A stretch of 47,958 nt of DNA, taken from NCBI GenBank assembly GCA_937927525.1, contig CALBDR010000293.1, forward strand, positions 1 to 47,958. The letters run 5' to 3'. Made by a program: the position numbers and the translations under genes. Shown in pieces: positions 26,124 to 37,192 of this stretch (position 1 is its first letter; each line of letters starts with the position of its first letter). The notes below the pieces were generated by a model. The model did not search any database. It was given only the letters and a program-made list of their open reading frames with translations, and was not told the origin of the DNA. Source of the DNA: an uncultured Candidatus Melainabacteria bacterium. Lineage in GTDB: Bacteria; Cyanobacteriota; Vampirovibrionia; LMEP-6097.

Positions 26124-26612
26124 TCACAGCATTTTTATAAAAGCATTTTCATTACACTTACCAAAAAACGGACAATTTACACATTCTGTAAAAACTTTCT
26201 CTGGTAATGAATTAATGTCGATGGGCTCGTAATTTAATTTTTTAAAGAAGTCAACCTGATAAGTTAAAGCAAAAACTTTCTTTATCGAGATACCCTTAGC
26301 TTCTCTCTCACAATCTTGTACCAATAGTTTACCGACACCTAAGCCCTGATAATTAGGACTTACAGCAAGGCTCTTAACCTCCGCTAAATTTTCAGTAAAA
26401 ATATCTAAATGAGCGGAACCAATTACTCTATCTTTTCCAGAATGGAGATCTTCGGCCACTGCTACTCTAAATCCTCGAATCTGTCTATAAAGATCATCTG
26501 TGCTTTTCGGTAATAATAGTCTTTTATCAGAGAAATATTTTAGTAACTTTGCAATAGAGTCGATATCCTCAATTTCAGCTTTCCTTACTCTATAGCTTAA
26601 TGCTATATTCAT
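26124..26612 (-). CDS. GNAT N-acetyltransferase, ArgA-C-terminal-like (amino-acid N-acetyltransferase family)
   Basis: Has VRKAEIEDIDSIAKLL, LLLPKS, EVKSLAVSPNYQGLGVGKLL and the C-terminal LPEKVFTECVNCPFFGKCNE pattern characteristic of the short ArgA-like GNATs. Confidence 0.78.
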   Translation of the reverse strand: MNIALSYRVRKAEIEDIDSIAKLLKYFSDKRLLLPKSTDDLYRQIRGFRVAVAEDLHSGKDRVIGSAHLDIFTENLAEVKSLAVSPNYQGLGVGKLLVQDCEREAKGISIKKVFALTYQVDFFKKLNYEPIDINSLPEKVFTECVNCPFFGKCNENAFIKML

Positions 26613-26721
26613 TTCAATCCTTTTTCAAACTAATTTATCATTCAAATATAGATTATATATCAATCTTTGATGGGCCAAGAACGATATCAGAGTTCAGATT
26701 TAATAAGAGATTTATTATAAA

Positions 26722-26765
26722 AACAAAAAAAAGACCATACTCAGGGGGGGGGAGAAGTATGGTCT
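26722..26765 (-). terminator. rho-independent terminator of the rplQ operon
   Basis: The minus strand has a 10-bp stem (AGACCATACT/AGTATGGTCT) around a C-rich loop, followed by T8 interrupted by one G. It lies about 60 nt downstream of the rplQ stop. Confidence 0.75.
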
Positions 26766-26826
26766 TGGATATATTTATAGCATATTATCTGACTAAAATA
26801 AAGTCTTATTAATAATAAGTCAAAAT

Positions 26827-27177
26827 TTACACTAACTGAACAACAGCTAGCTGAGCATTATCTCCACGACGGAAGCCACTCTTAATAATTCTAGTGAAGC
26901 CTGATTTTTGCTCTTTATATCTTTCAGCTACAGCATCAAATAAATCCTGAACAACCTCTTTATCATAGATAAATCCAGCAGCTTTTCTTCTAGCATGAAG
27001 ATCACCGCGCTTAGCTAAACCAATCATTTTTTCTACTTCACATACTAAGGCTCTAGCATTAACAAGAGTAGTATTAATTTGTTTTTCTCTTAATAGACAT
27101 GTAGTTAAAGCTCTAAGAGCTGCCTTTCTTTGGTCAGCTGGTCTATTTAATTGTCTTTTCTTTTTTCTATGTCTCAT
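26827..27177 (-). CDS. rplQ: 50S ribosomal protein L17
   Basis: MRHRKKKRQLNRPADQRKAALRALTT... is the canonical L17 N-terminus. The gene sits downstream of rpoA. Confidence 0.95.
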   Translation of the reverse strand: MRHRKKKRQLNRPADQRKAALRALTTCLLREKQINTTLVNARALVCEVEKMIGLAKRGDLHARRKAAGFIYDKEVVQDLFDAVAERYKEQKSGFTRIIKSGFRRGDNAQLAVVQLV

Positions 27178-27222
27178 GATTTAAACCTTTAATTATGCAA
27201 TTTATTTTATATTTTTAGTTAA

Positions 27223-28212
27223 CTAAAACTCTCCATGAACTAAAGCAGAATCTCTGCTCTTTAAGTTATAGCCCATAGACTCTAACTTATCTAAAACTTC
27301 TTCCGCTGATTTCTTACCGAAGTTTTTAATATTCATTAAATCAAAGTCAGTTAACTTTAATAGATCTGATAAGTTGTTGATATTTGCTCTCTTTAAACAA
27401 TTATAAGATCTAACTGACAACTCAAGTTCTTCGACACTAACATTGTTAGCTTTATCTTCTTCTTGTGTTTCTTCTTCTTGAGTAGTTTCTTCAACAGTCT
27501 TAACTACACCAACTTTAGAACCAGTGAAGTCAATGATAGCCTTCATTAAACCAGTAACTTGGGCAGCAGCTTGACCAATAGCGTCTCTTACTGCCACAGA
27601 ACCATCTCCCCAGATTTCCATTGAAAGTTTATCATAGTCGTTTGACTGACCAGAAGGACCAGGAACTTCTTCTACTGTGTAAGCTACATTTTTAATAGGT
27701 GTGAAAACTGAATCAACAGGAATTACATCCAAAGAAACGACAGCTTCATGCTCTTCAGAAACTACGTAACCATAACCTCTAGCTACTGTAATCTCCACAT
27801 TTAAATTTCCATCTGGGGCTAAATTAGCAATCTCTAATTCAGGATTAATTATCTCAACATCAGCTGGACATTCAATTTGTGCAGCGGTTACAGTTTGAGT
27901 ACCAGAAGCTTTAAGAGTTAAAGTTCTAGCCTCCTCTGTATCCATCTTTACAATTAATTGTTTTAAATTCAGTAAGATATGAAGAACATCTTCAGATACC
28001 CCTGATAAAGAGGTAAATTCGTGATTAACCCCTTCAATTCTTACGTGAGTTACAGCAGAACCCAAAATTCTTGATAAAAGAATTCTCCTTAATATATTAC
28101 CTACGGTATGGCCGAAACCTCTGAATAAAGGCTCAAGTACAACTGTCCCGCGTACACTACCACCTTCATCTGCTTGTTCATCAACGATTATTCTTAATTC
28201 AATATCTTCCAT
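27223..28212 (-). CDS. rpoA: DNA-directed RNA polymerase subunit alpha
   Basis: Has GFGHTVGNILRRILLS and the alpha-CTD motif LELSVRSYNCLKRANI. Conserved operon context. Confidence 0.95.
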   Translation of the reverse strand: MEDIELRIIVDEQADEGGSVRGTVVLEPLFRGFGHTVGNILRRILLSRILGSAVTHVRIEGVNHEFTSLSGVSEDVLHILLNLKQLIVKMDTEEARTLTLKASGTQTVTAAQIECPADVEIINPELEIANLAPDGNLNVEITVARGYGYVVSEEHEAVVSLDVIPVDSVFTPIKNVAYTVEEVPGPSGQSNDYDKLSMEIWGDGSVAVRDAIGQAAAQVTGLMKAIIDFTGSKVGVVKTVEETTQEEETQEEDKANNVSVEELELSVRSYNCLKRANINNLSDLLKLTDFDLMNIKNFGKKSAEEVLDKLESMGYNLKSRDSALVHGEF

Positions 28213-28238
28213 ATTTGAAACCTTCCTACTAATAGATT

Positions 28239-28646
28239 CTACACTCTTCTTGCACTAGGTGCTCTACACCCATTATGTGGAAGAGGAGTTACGTCTTTTA
28301 TTACTGTAACCTTTAAACCTGCTTGTTGTATAGCCCTTGCTGCAGTTTCTCTACCTGCACCAGGTCCACTAATTAAAACTTCAACTTCCTTAAGACCATA
28401 TGATTCAACAGCCTTACGAGCAGCAGCCTCAGCTGCTAACTGAGCAGCGAAAGGAGTACTTTTCTTAGAACCTTTAAAACCAGCAGCCCCTGCTGAAGAA
28501 GCAGCGATAGCACCACCAGCCGTATCCGTATTCGTTACAATTGTGTTGTTAAATGTTGAGCTAATGTGAACAACACCTTTAGGTACTGATCTTTTATTCT
28601 TTTTAGCTTTGCTTTTATCTTTAGACTTACTTTTAACTGCTGCCAT
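28239..28646 (-). CDS. rpsK: 30S ribosomal protein S11
   Basis: Has [26 protein letters not shown] and [15 protein letters not shown]. Confidence 0.95.
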   Translation of the reverse strand: MAAVKSKSKDKSKAKKNKRSVPKGVVHISSTFNNTIVTNTDTAGGAIAASSAGAAGFKGSKKSTPFAAQLAAEAAARKAVESYGLKEVEVLISGPGAGRETAARAIQQAGLKVTVIKDVTPLPHNGCRAPSARRV

Positions 28647-28667
28647 TTTAAAATCCTCTTAAATTAA

Positions 28668-29045
28668 TTACTTCTTACCAGGTTGTTTTTTACCAGGAAC
28701 CGCAACTCTCTTCTTACTTCTTCTAGTTCTAGAATTAGTTTTAGTTCTCTGACCTCTACAAGGTAAACCTCTTCTGTGTCTGATACCTCTGTAGCAATTA
28801 ACTTCAATCAATCTCTTGATATCAAGACCAATTCTTCTACGAAGATCACCCTCGAGCTCATACTGCTTTAACGCGTCACGAATTTTTATCAAATCTTCTT
28901 CGCTAAGATCATTTGCTCTCACACTCTCATCAACACCTACTTCTTTTAGTATGCTTTGACTTCTAGTCAAACCTATACCATAAATATAAGTTAAGGCAAT
29001 GACGATTCTTTTATTCGGTAAATCTACTCCGGCTACTCTGGGCAT
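28668..29045 (-). CDS. rpsM: 30S ribosomal protein S13
   Basis: Has [25 protein letters not shown] and [20 protein letters not shown]. Confidence 0.95.
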   Translation of the reverse strand: MPRVAGVDLPNKRIVIALTYIYGIGLTRSQSILKEVGVDESVRANDLSEEDLIKIRDALKQYELEGDLRRRIGLDIKRLIEVNCYRGIRHRRGLPCRGQRTKTNSRTRRSKKRVAVPGKKQPGKK

Positions 29046-29054
29046 ATTCTCACT

Positions 29055-29168
29055 TTATCCTTGTCTTTGTTTATGTTTTGGGTTTTCACAAATAACCATA
29101 ACTCTACCTTTGCGGCGAATTACCTTGCATTTGGAACAAATTTTCTTAACTGACGACCTAACTTTCAT
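29055..29168 (-). CDS. rpmJ: 50S ribosomal protein L36 (not in ORF track)
   Basis: My own minus-strand translation is [37 protein letters not shown] (37 aa), the canonical L36 sequence. It sits in the expected infA-rpmJ-rpsM position. Confidence 0.92.
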   Translation of the reverse strand: MKVRSSVKKICSKCKVIRRKGRVMVICENPKHKQRQG

Positions 29169-29254
29169 TGTGTGTACTTGTCCTATTTAACAAAATCAAA
29201 ATTCTACCATACCACTTGACTAATTTATGAATTATTTATGTTTTACTTAACAAT

Positions 29255-29500
29255 TCAACTCCCAGCTTCAGTGTTTGGTTTCTTTTTAGCTACCCTATAA
29301 GTGATTCTTCCTACCTTTAAATCATATGGAGTGAGCTCAACCTTAACTCTATCACCGGGTAAAATCTTTATATAGTTCTTTCTAATCTTTCCAGAAATAC
29401 TAGCTAATACTTCATGATCATTATCTAAACGTACTACGAACTTGGCACCCTGAACAGTTTCAATTACAGTACCTTCCATTTCAATTATTTCTTTAGACAA
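29255..29500 (-). CDS. infA: translation initiation factor IF-1
   Basis: Has [58 protein letters not shown] start. Short basic C-terminal extension. Confidence 0.93.
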   Translation of the reverse strand: MSKEIIEMEGTVIETVQGAKFVVRLDNDHEVLASISGKIRKNYIKILPGDRVKVELTPYDLKVGRITYRVAKKKPNTEAGS

Positions 29501-29636
29501 CTAATATTTCTCCTTGATTAATATGACGAACAACGCTAGCTAAATCATTAGCACCAACATTTAAAAATAGCATCAACCAATAAAAAAAGTTAAACTTTGT
29601 GTTTAAATTTACAAATATTTAGGATTCAACAGTATT

Positions 29637-30449
29637 TCATTGGAAGATATTACGGGTTTTACGAACATCTGTAATGATTTCAATGCCTTCTTCGGTTACT
29701 AAAGCAGAATGTTCAAAGTGAGCAGAGTTTTTTCTATCAGCAGTAGTAATAGTCCAGCCATCTTTATGTTTTTTAACAGCTGATGTACCTAAATTAAACA
29801 TAGGCTCCACAGCTAGCACCATACCTACTTTTATTTGATCATCAGGATAGTGCTTGAAATATTCAGTAAAGTTAGGAATAAATGGTTGGCAGTGATATTC
29901 AGGACCAATGCCATGGCCACCAAATTCCATTACATTACCATATCTTTTCTCATGAGCAATTTTTTCAATAGCAGAAGCAATATCACTAATGTACCCTCCA
30001 GCTCTAATAGCATCAAGTCCGGCCCACAACCCCCTGTTGGTGTCCATTAAAAGACGCTTAGATTTAGCGCTAATTTCACCACAAGGAAAAGTAAAAGCAT
30101 TATCCCCAACATATGTAAAAGGCTTACCATTAAAATCTTTAGTAACAGTTACACCAACATCAATACTGACAATGTCACCTTCCTTAAGTTCTCTATCATT
30201 AGGAATGCCGTGAACTATATTGTCATTAACCGAAGTGCATAATGTATTAGGGAATCCCATATAGCCTTTAAAAGTAGGGATAGAACCTTGATCACGAATC
30301 CACTCTTCGGCAAAAGCATCAAGTTCAAGTAATGTTACCCCTGGCTTAACACGCTCACCTACCAAATGTAGAATCTCCCCTGCTTGGGCCGCTGCCTCGC
30401 GGATTAGTGGGTATTGTTCCTTTTCAAATATACATATCGGTCCCGACAT
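29637..30449 (-). CDS. map: type I methionine aminopeptidase
   Basis: Has VCHGIP-like NDNIVHGIP, DIVSIDVG, GHGIG, VLAVEPM and AHFEHS metal-ligand motifs. Confidence 0.93.
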   Translation of the reverse strand: MSGPICIFEKEQYPLIREAAAQAGEILHLVGERVKPGVTLLELDAFAEEWIRDQGSIPTFKGYMGFPNTLCTSVNDNIVHGIPNDRELKEGDIVSIDVGVTVTKDFNGKPFTYVGDNAFTFPCGEISAKSKRLLMDTNRGLWAGLDAIRAGGYISDIASAIEKIAHEKRYGNVMEFGGHGIGPEYHCQPFIPNFTEYFKHYPDDQIKVGMVLAVEPMFNLGTSAVKKHKDGWTITTADRKNSAHFEHSALVTEEGIEIITDVRKTRNIFQ

Positions 30450-30495
30450 AATTTATAGAAAAAGCATAACATGATGTGTTATTATTATTTTTCCT

Positions 30496-30771
30496 ATGCC
30501 AAATATTAAATCTGCTAAGAAAAGAGTTGAAATTGGTGAAAGAAACCGTAAAGTAAACATCGAATTAAAATCAAAGGTAAGAACTTTGATCAAGTCAAGC
30601 TTAAGAACTGCTGAAGCAGGCGATGAAAAAGCCGTAGTTGCTGCTGTAGCTCAAGTATTTAAAGCTATCGATAAGGGTGCTAAAGGTAGTACTTACCATA
30701 AAAATAAAGCTGCTAGATTAAAAAGTCGCTTAACAAAAAAAATTAAAGCTATTTTAGAATCATCTAAGTAA
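30496..30771 (+). CDS. rpsT: 30S ribosomal protein S20
   Basis: Has MPNIKSAKKRVEIGERNRKVN... and HKNKAARLKSRL, typical of S20. Confidence 0.9.
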   Translation: MPNIKSAKKRVEIGERNRKVNIELKSKVRTLIKSSLRTAEAGDEKAVVAAVAQVFKAIDKGAKGSTYHKNKAARLKSRLTKKIKAILESSK

Positions 30772-30796
30772 TTCTTTATTACTCGATTATTATTAA

Positions 30797-30829
30797 AATC
30801 AGGAGCTATAAAGGTTCCTGATTTTTTTT
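30797..30829 (+). terminator. rho-independent terminator after rpsT
   Basis: Hairpin AATCAGGAGC-tataaag-GTTCCTGATT followed by T7. Confidence 0.7.
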
Positions 30830-30865
30830 GTCTTAAGCTTATAATACTGCTACCATAAAGACAAA

Positions 30866-31603
30866 GTGCGTATTTTCTTATCAACTTTATTCATTGTTTT
30901 ATCTAGCAACCTAGCTGCAAATGCAGCTCCTGGTTTAAATATATCCTTTGGTGATGGCAGTCCCCAGGGAGTGGGATTAGGTATACAAATACTTGTTTTA
31001 TTAACGATTTTAAGTGTTGCTCCCTCTATACTTCTCTTAACCACTAGTTTTATCCGCTTTGTTATAGTATTTGGCTTACTAAGACAAGCTCTAGGTTTAG
31101 GTAGTCTACCACCAACACAAGTCTTAATAGGTTTATCGATAATCCTTACATTTATAGTAATGAATCCTTACTTTAAAAGAATTAATGATGAAGCCTTACA
31201 GCCTTTCCTTACAAGAGAAATAAATGAAAGAACTTTTCTAAAGAAAGCTTTTGATCCATTAGAAGAATTTATGCTGTCACAAACTCCAGAAACTGAGTTG
31301 AAACTAGCGATTAAGGTTGCTCATATCGATCAACCTGATAAGCCTGAAGATTTACCAATGCATGTTTTAATGGTAGCTTTTATCCTGAGTGAACTGAAAA
31401 AAGCTTTTCAAATTGGTTTTATATTATTCTTACCATTTATTGTTATTGATATGATTTCAGCCAGTGCCTTGGTATCTATAGGTCTGATGTTCCTGCCACC
31501 AGCGACAATTTCTCTACCATTTAAAATTGTCCTCTTCATACTTGTTGATGGCTGGAATATAATTTCAGAAAACCTAGTTGAAAGCTTTTATGTTGGTCAA
31601 TAA
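30866..31603 (+). CDS. fliP: flagellar export apparatus protein FliP
   Basis: Signal peptide, then TSFIRFVIVFGLLRQALG, SELKKAFQIGFILFLPFIVIDMISASALVSIGLMFLPP and LVDGW, collinear with E. coli FliP as I recall it. GTG start. Confidence 0.9.
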   Translation: MRIFLSTLFIVLSSNLAANAAPGLNISFGDGSPQGVGLGIQILVLLTILSVAPSILLLTTSFIRFVIVFGLLRQALGLGSLPPTQVLIGLSIILTFIVMNPYFKRINDEALQPFLTREINERTFLKKAFDPLEEFMLSQTPETELKLAIKVAHIDQPDKPEDLPMHVLMVAFILSELKKAFQIGFILFLPFIVIDMISASALVSIGLMFLPPATISLPFKIVLFILVDGWNIISENLVESFYVGQ

Positions 31604-31641
31604 ATAGCCAGATTCTTCAACAGGGAATATAATTATCAATA

Positions 31642-31911
31642 GTGAAGGACACTTTAATTCTTGAACTTACGAACAAAACACTAATCGTTTCTGCGATGAT
31701 CAGTGTTCCTATACTTATTCCTGGCTTAGTGGTAGGTATTGTTGTTAGTATTTTCCAGACCATCACTTCAATTCAAGAACAAACCTTAACTTTTGTTCCT
31801 AAGTTTATAGTTCTCATTATCACCTATCTCATAGTAGGTGGTTGGATAACGCAGTACGTAGTAAGTTTTGCAAGAGAACTCTTTAACCGAATACCAGAGT
31901 TTGCAACATGA
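31642..31911 (+). CDS. fliQ: flagellar export apparatus protein FliQ
   Basis: 89 aa with two TM segments. Has IFQTITSIQEQTLTFVPKFIV, matching the FliQ core (QAATQINEMTLSFIPK). Confidence 0.88.
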   Translation: MKDTLILELTNKTLIVSAMISVPILIPGLVVGIVVSIFQTITSIQEQTLTFVPKFIVLIITYLIVGGWITQYVVSFARELFNRIPEFAT

Positions 31912-32714
31912 AAAAAAGAACAGCTTTAATTACAGGTGCCTCGAGTGGCATAGGCTATGAACTAAGTAAATGCTTTGCAGCAGAGGGTTATAACCTTATT
32001 TTAGTTGCGAGAAGAGAAGAAAGGCTACAGGCGCTAAAAGAATATATCAATGCTGAGTTTAATGTTCAAGCTGAGTATATAGTCAAAGACTTAAGTAAGC
32101 CTGAAAGTGCAAATGAGCTTTATACAGAAACTATTGAACTTCTAAAAAAAGCTCATATCGAAAAAATTGATGTACTTATTAACAATGCAGGTGTTGGTGA
32201 TTTAACTGAGTTTAGAGACTCTAATCTAGAAAAAATCGAAACTATGATTAATCTAAATATACTTAGCTTGACGAAATTAAGCCGCTTATTTATAAACGAT
32301 ATTTGTTCTTCTGAAGACGGAGCATTGATAAATATTGCTTCAACTGCTGCTTTTCAAGCAATTCCATGCATGGCGGTATATGCAGCAACAAAATCCTTTG
32401 TACTAAGCTTTACGGAAGCCATTTCTGAAGAAATCAAATCACAACAATTAAAAACTAAAATAATCTGTATATGTCCTGGAATAACTGAATCTGAGTTTCA
32501 AGTCAGAGCAGATATGGAATCTTTGAAAATAGATCGAAAATTAGTCGCAAGCTCAGCTGATGTCGCTAAATATACCGTTAAATCACTTAAAAAAGGTAAA
32601 AAAACCACTGCCGTGCATGGATTTATGAATAAAATCGGTACTCTTTTGCCAAGAATTTTACCAAGGAGCTCAGTAAGTAAACTAAGCCATCAAATAATGA
32701 AAAAAATTGTCTAA
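31908..32714 (+). CDS. SDR family short-chain dehydrogenase/reductase
   Basis: Has TGASSGIG, NNAG and the Y-x3-K active site (YAATK). Its start overlaps the fliQ stop (ATGA). Confidence 0.85.
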   Translation: MKKRTALITGASSGIGYELSKCFAAEGYNLILVARREERLQALKEYINAEFNVQAEYIVKDLSKPESANELYTETIELLKKAHIEKIDVLINNAGVGDLTEFRDSNLEKIETMINLNILSLTKLSRLFINDICSSEDGALINIASTAAFQAIPCMAVYAATKSFVLSFTEAISEEIKSQQLKTKIICICPGITESEFQVRADMESLKIDRKLVASSADVAKYTVKSLKKGKKTTAVHGFMNKIGTLLPRILPRSSVSKLSHQIMKKIV

Positions 32715-32716
32715 AA

Positions 32717-32863
32717 CTACTTGTCTTTACGACTATACATTTGTTTAACTAAGTCCTGAGGACGGGTTTGATTAAATACTTTATACATATCCTTATCGAA
32801 ATAATCCATAAATTTCCGGTATGCATCTGCTGTAATATTCTTTACTTTCTGAACTAAAACCAT
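32717..32863 (-). CDS. possible small ORF (48 aa), hypothetical
   Basis: My own translation: MVLVQKVKNITADAYRKFMDYFDKDMYKVFNQTRPQDLVKQMYSRKDK. No clear RBS. It falls below the track cut-off. Confidence 0.2.
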   Translation of the reverse strand: MVLVQKVKNITADAYRKFMDYFDKDMYKVFNQTRPQDLVKQMYSRKDK

Positions 32864-33138
32864 ATATATACCTATAAATCCCTTTTAATAAAAATTTGAT
32901 ATTCAACTTTGATATTTCTACTCCATTTGGACTATAAAACGTCTGCAACTAGATAAATCATTTTTTTGTTAAAGGTGGCTTAAGTATAAGTTCGAAGAAC
33001 CCTAAATCAAATTCACTGGAGTTTACTATAATCAGTAATAATCAGCATTATCATTATTTTACTGTTAATATTTTTTATTTTTTCACCTACAAATGCAAGG
33101 ATTAGGAAAAGTATTCTTGAGTATTTGTTTAAGCAGTT

Positions 33139-35324
<2,186 letters not shown>

Positions 35325-35353
35325 TCGTTACTAATATACTCAAACGATAATTT

Positions 35354-37186
35354 ATGCTTACTCTAAAATACAGACCTAAAACTATAGGTGATCTTATCGG
35401 ACAAGACTCTGTCCGTGAAACTTTAGAGCACGCCTTTAATAATAATAAGCTTGCTAATGCTTACTTATTAACAGGTCCACGCGGTGCTGGTAAAACCAGT
35501 ACCGCAAGGATTATAGCTAAATCTATTAATTGTAAAAATAAGGCTGAGCCAGGCAAGCCTACTTTAGAGCCTTGCGGTACATGCTCTAGCTGCGTTAATA
35601 TTGCAAACTCAAATGATTTAGATGTAATAGAAATCGATGCAGCTAGTCATGGTCACGTAGAAGACGCCCGCTCTCTTATCGAGAAAGCTAGTCTTGCAGC
35701 TATTAACAGTGATTATAAAATCTATATCATAGATGAGGTTCACATGTTAAGTAATGCAGCATTCAATGCTTTACTAAAACTCTTTGAAGAACCGCCTCAT
35801 AATGTAATTTTCATTTTAGCGACGACAGAAGCACATAAAGTGCTTCCCACTATAACTAGTCGCTGCCAACAATTCCGCTTTAAGCCTATTAGCGTTCAAG
35901 ATTGCGAAAGCCGTTTAAAAGAGATCTGTGAATTAGAAAATTTCAACATTAATGACTCAGCATTAGAATTTATCGCAGAGGAATCTGAAGGTGCAATGCG
36001 TGACGCTCTAAGTATCTTAGAGCAAATCAGTGTTTACTGTGAAGATGATAAAGAAATAGACAAAGCCTTAGTAGAAAAAATCTTAGGGAAAGTTTCCCAA
36101 AATGAAATTATTGATTTATTAAATGCTATTTATTCTAAGTCTGATTCAGACTTACTTACTAAATTAAATACTATCTTAGAAAAAAATTCAAATCCTAATA
36201 TCATCGCAGAAGAATTATTTCAAAATAGTATTAATGTTCTTAATAATATTTGTTTAAATGAAACTAATGAAAAATTCAATGCTATAAACAATCACATCAA
36301 TGAAAACAATATTCCTAAAAGTGAATTAGTTTATATTGCCGAAGAGTTATCAAAACTAGATTCTAGCCTTAGACAAACTACTCAAGCTAATAAATTATTA
36401 CAGACTCTTTGCTTGAAGCTGTGCTTCAGAGAAGACTTTATAACTTTAAAAGAATTGAAAGAAAGGTTAGAAAAAATTGAAAATGATTCTGTTTCAATCC
36501 CACAATCAAAAACCTCACTTTCGGTGAATAAGCCGAGCTTCAATGCAGCATCAAATGAGAGTCTGCCACAGACTAGTCAGGCAGCCCCTCAACAGAATAC
36601 TAGCCCAGTAGTTACTGAACCAGAAAAAAAATCTGGCTTTATTGATTTAAGTAACTCAGAAACTCGACCGAGTAATATTTCATCATTAAATAATGACTTT
36701 GTTTCAGAATTAAGTCCAAGCTGTAAAGGTTTATTTATTAGTAGTAAGGCGAGCCTCCACTCCACAAATGGTTCAGTAGCTACTATTCATATCCCAGAAC
36801 GTTTCAAATTCCTAAAAAATAAGTTGGAGGCTAAATCATCAGAGGTCATTACTGCAATTAATAAAACTAGTAGTAAGAGTATTACACAGATTAATTTTGT
36901 ATTATCAAATGATGCTCCAGTTGATAATACCTATACAGCTCAGCCTAAAATAGATGTGAATGATAGCTCAAAGACTAAGAGTCAACTCCAGCCACAAGCT
37001 CAGAGTGCTTCAGCAGAGCCTCAAGTCAGCAAAGAACCCACAGCAATATCAAAGTCTACACAAGCCTATGATTCAAACCAAGAAGCAATTGATAATACAG
37101 ATACATGCTGTGACAGGGAAGCAGCACTAGATGAAGTACTTCAAGCAGGAATATCCATCTTCGGTGGTAGTGTGTTAGATAATTAA
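35354..37186 (+). CDS. dnaX: DNA polymerase III subunit gamma/tau
   Basis: Has YRPKTIGDLIGQD, GPRGAGKTS, the CxxCxxC zinc module (CGTCSSC), the DEVHML Walker B and the SRC motif (TSRCQQF). Long low-complexity tau-like C-terminus. Confidence 0.92.
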   Translation: MLTLKYRPKTIGDLIGQDSVRETLEHAFNNNKLANAYLLTGPRGAGKTSTARIIAKSINCKNKAEPGKPTLEPCGTCSSCVNIANSNDLDVIEIDAASHGHVEDARSLIEKASLAAINSDYKIYIIDEVHMLSNAAFNALLKLFEEPPHNVIFILATTEAHKVLPTITSRCQQFRFKPISVQDCESRLKEICELENFNINDSALEFIAEESEGAMRDALSILEQISVYCEDDKEIDKALVEKILGKVSQNEIIDLLNAIYSKSDSDLLTKLNTILEKNSNPNIIAEELFQNSINVLNNICLNETNEKFNAINNHINENNIPKSELVYIAEELSKLDSSLRQTTQANKLLQTLCLKLCFREDFITLKELKERLEKIENDSVSIPQSKTSLSVNKPSFNAASNESLPQTSQAAPQQNTSPVVTEPEKKSGFIDLSNSETRPSNISSLNNDFVSELSPSCKGLFISSKASLHSTNGSVATIHIPERFKFLKNKLEAKSSEVITAINKTSSKSITQINFVLSNDAPVDNTYTAQPKIDVNDSSKTKSQLQPQAQSASAEPQVSKEPTAISKSTQAYDSNQEAIDNTDTCCDREAALDEVLQAGISIFGGSVLDN

Positions 37187-37192
37187 TACCAT

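Noticed and set aside
26118-26124. The idea that the DegT aminotransferase plus the adjacent GNAT are a PseC/PseH-type flagellin-glycosylation pair
   Set aside because: The GNAT carries the ArgA-like signature, including the C-terminal CxxCP..C motif, rather than PseH-like features. The two genes are convergent, not co-transcribed, and no other nonulosonic-acid genes (pseB, pseG, pseI, pseF) are nearby.
26600-26812. 70-aa plus-strand ORF in the GNAT/rplQ intergenic region
   Set aside because: It reads straight through the rplQ terminator hairpin and its G9 loop (hence the GGGRS in the translation), and has no RBS. The region is better explained as a convergent 3' intergenic spacer.
28999-29190. 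63-aa plus-strand ORF between rpsM and infA
   Set aside because: It is antisense to the canonical 37-aa L36 gene (rpmJ, 29055-29168), which explains the open frame.
30693-31044. Two minus-strand ORFs (30693-30884 and 30850-31044) overlapping the rpsT 3' end and the fliP 5' end
   Set aside because: They are antisense to well-supported genes and span the rpsT terminator.
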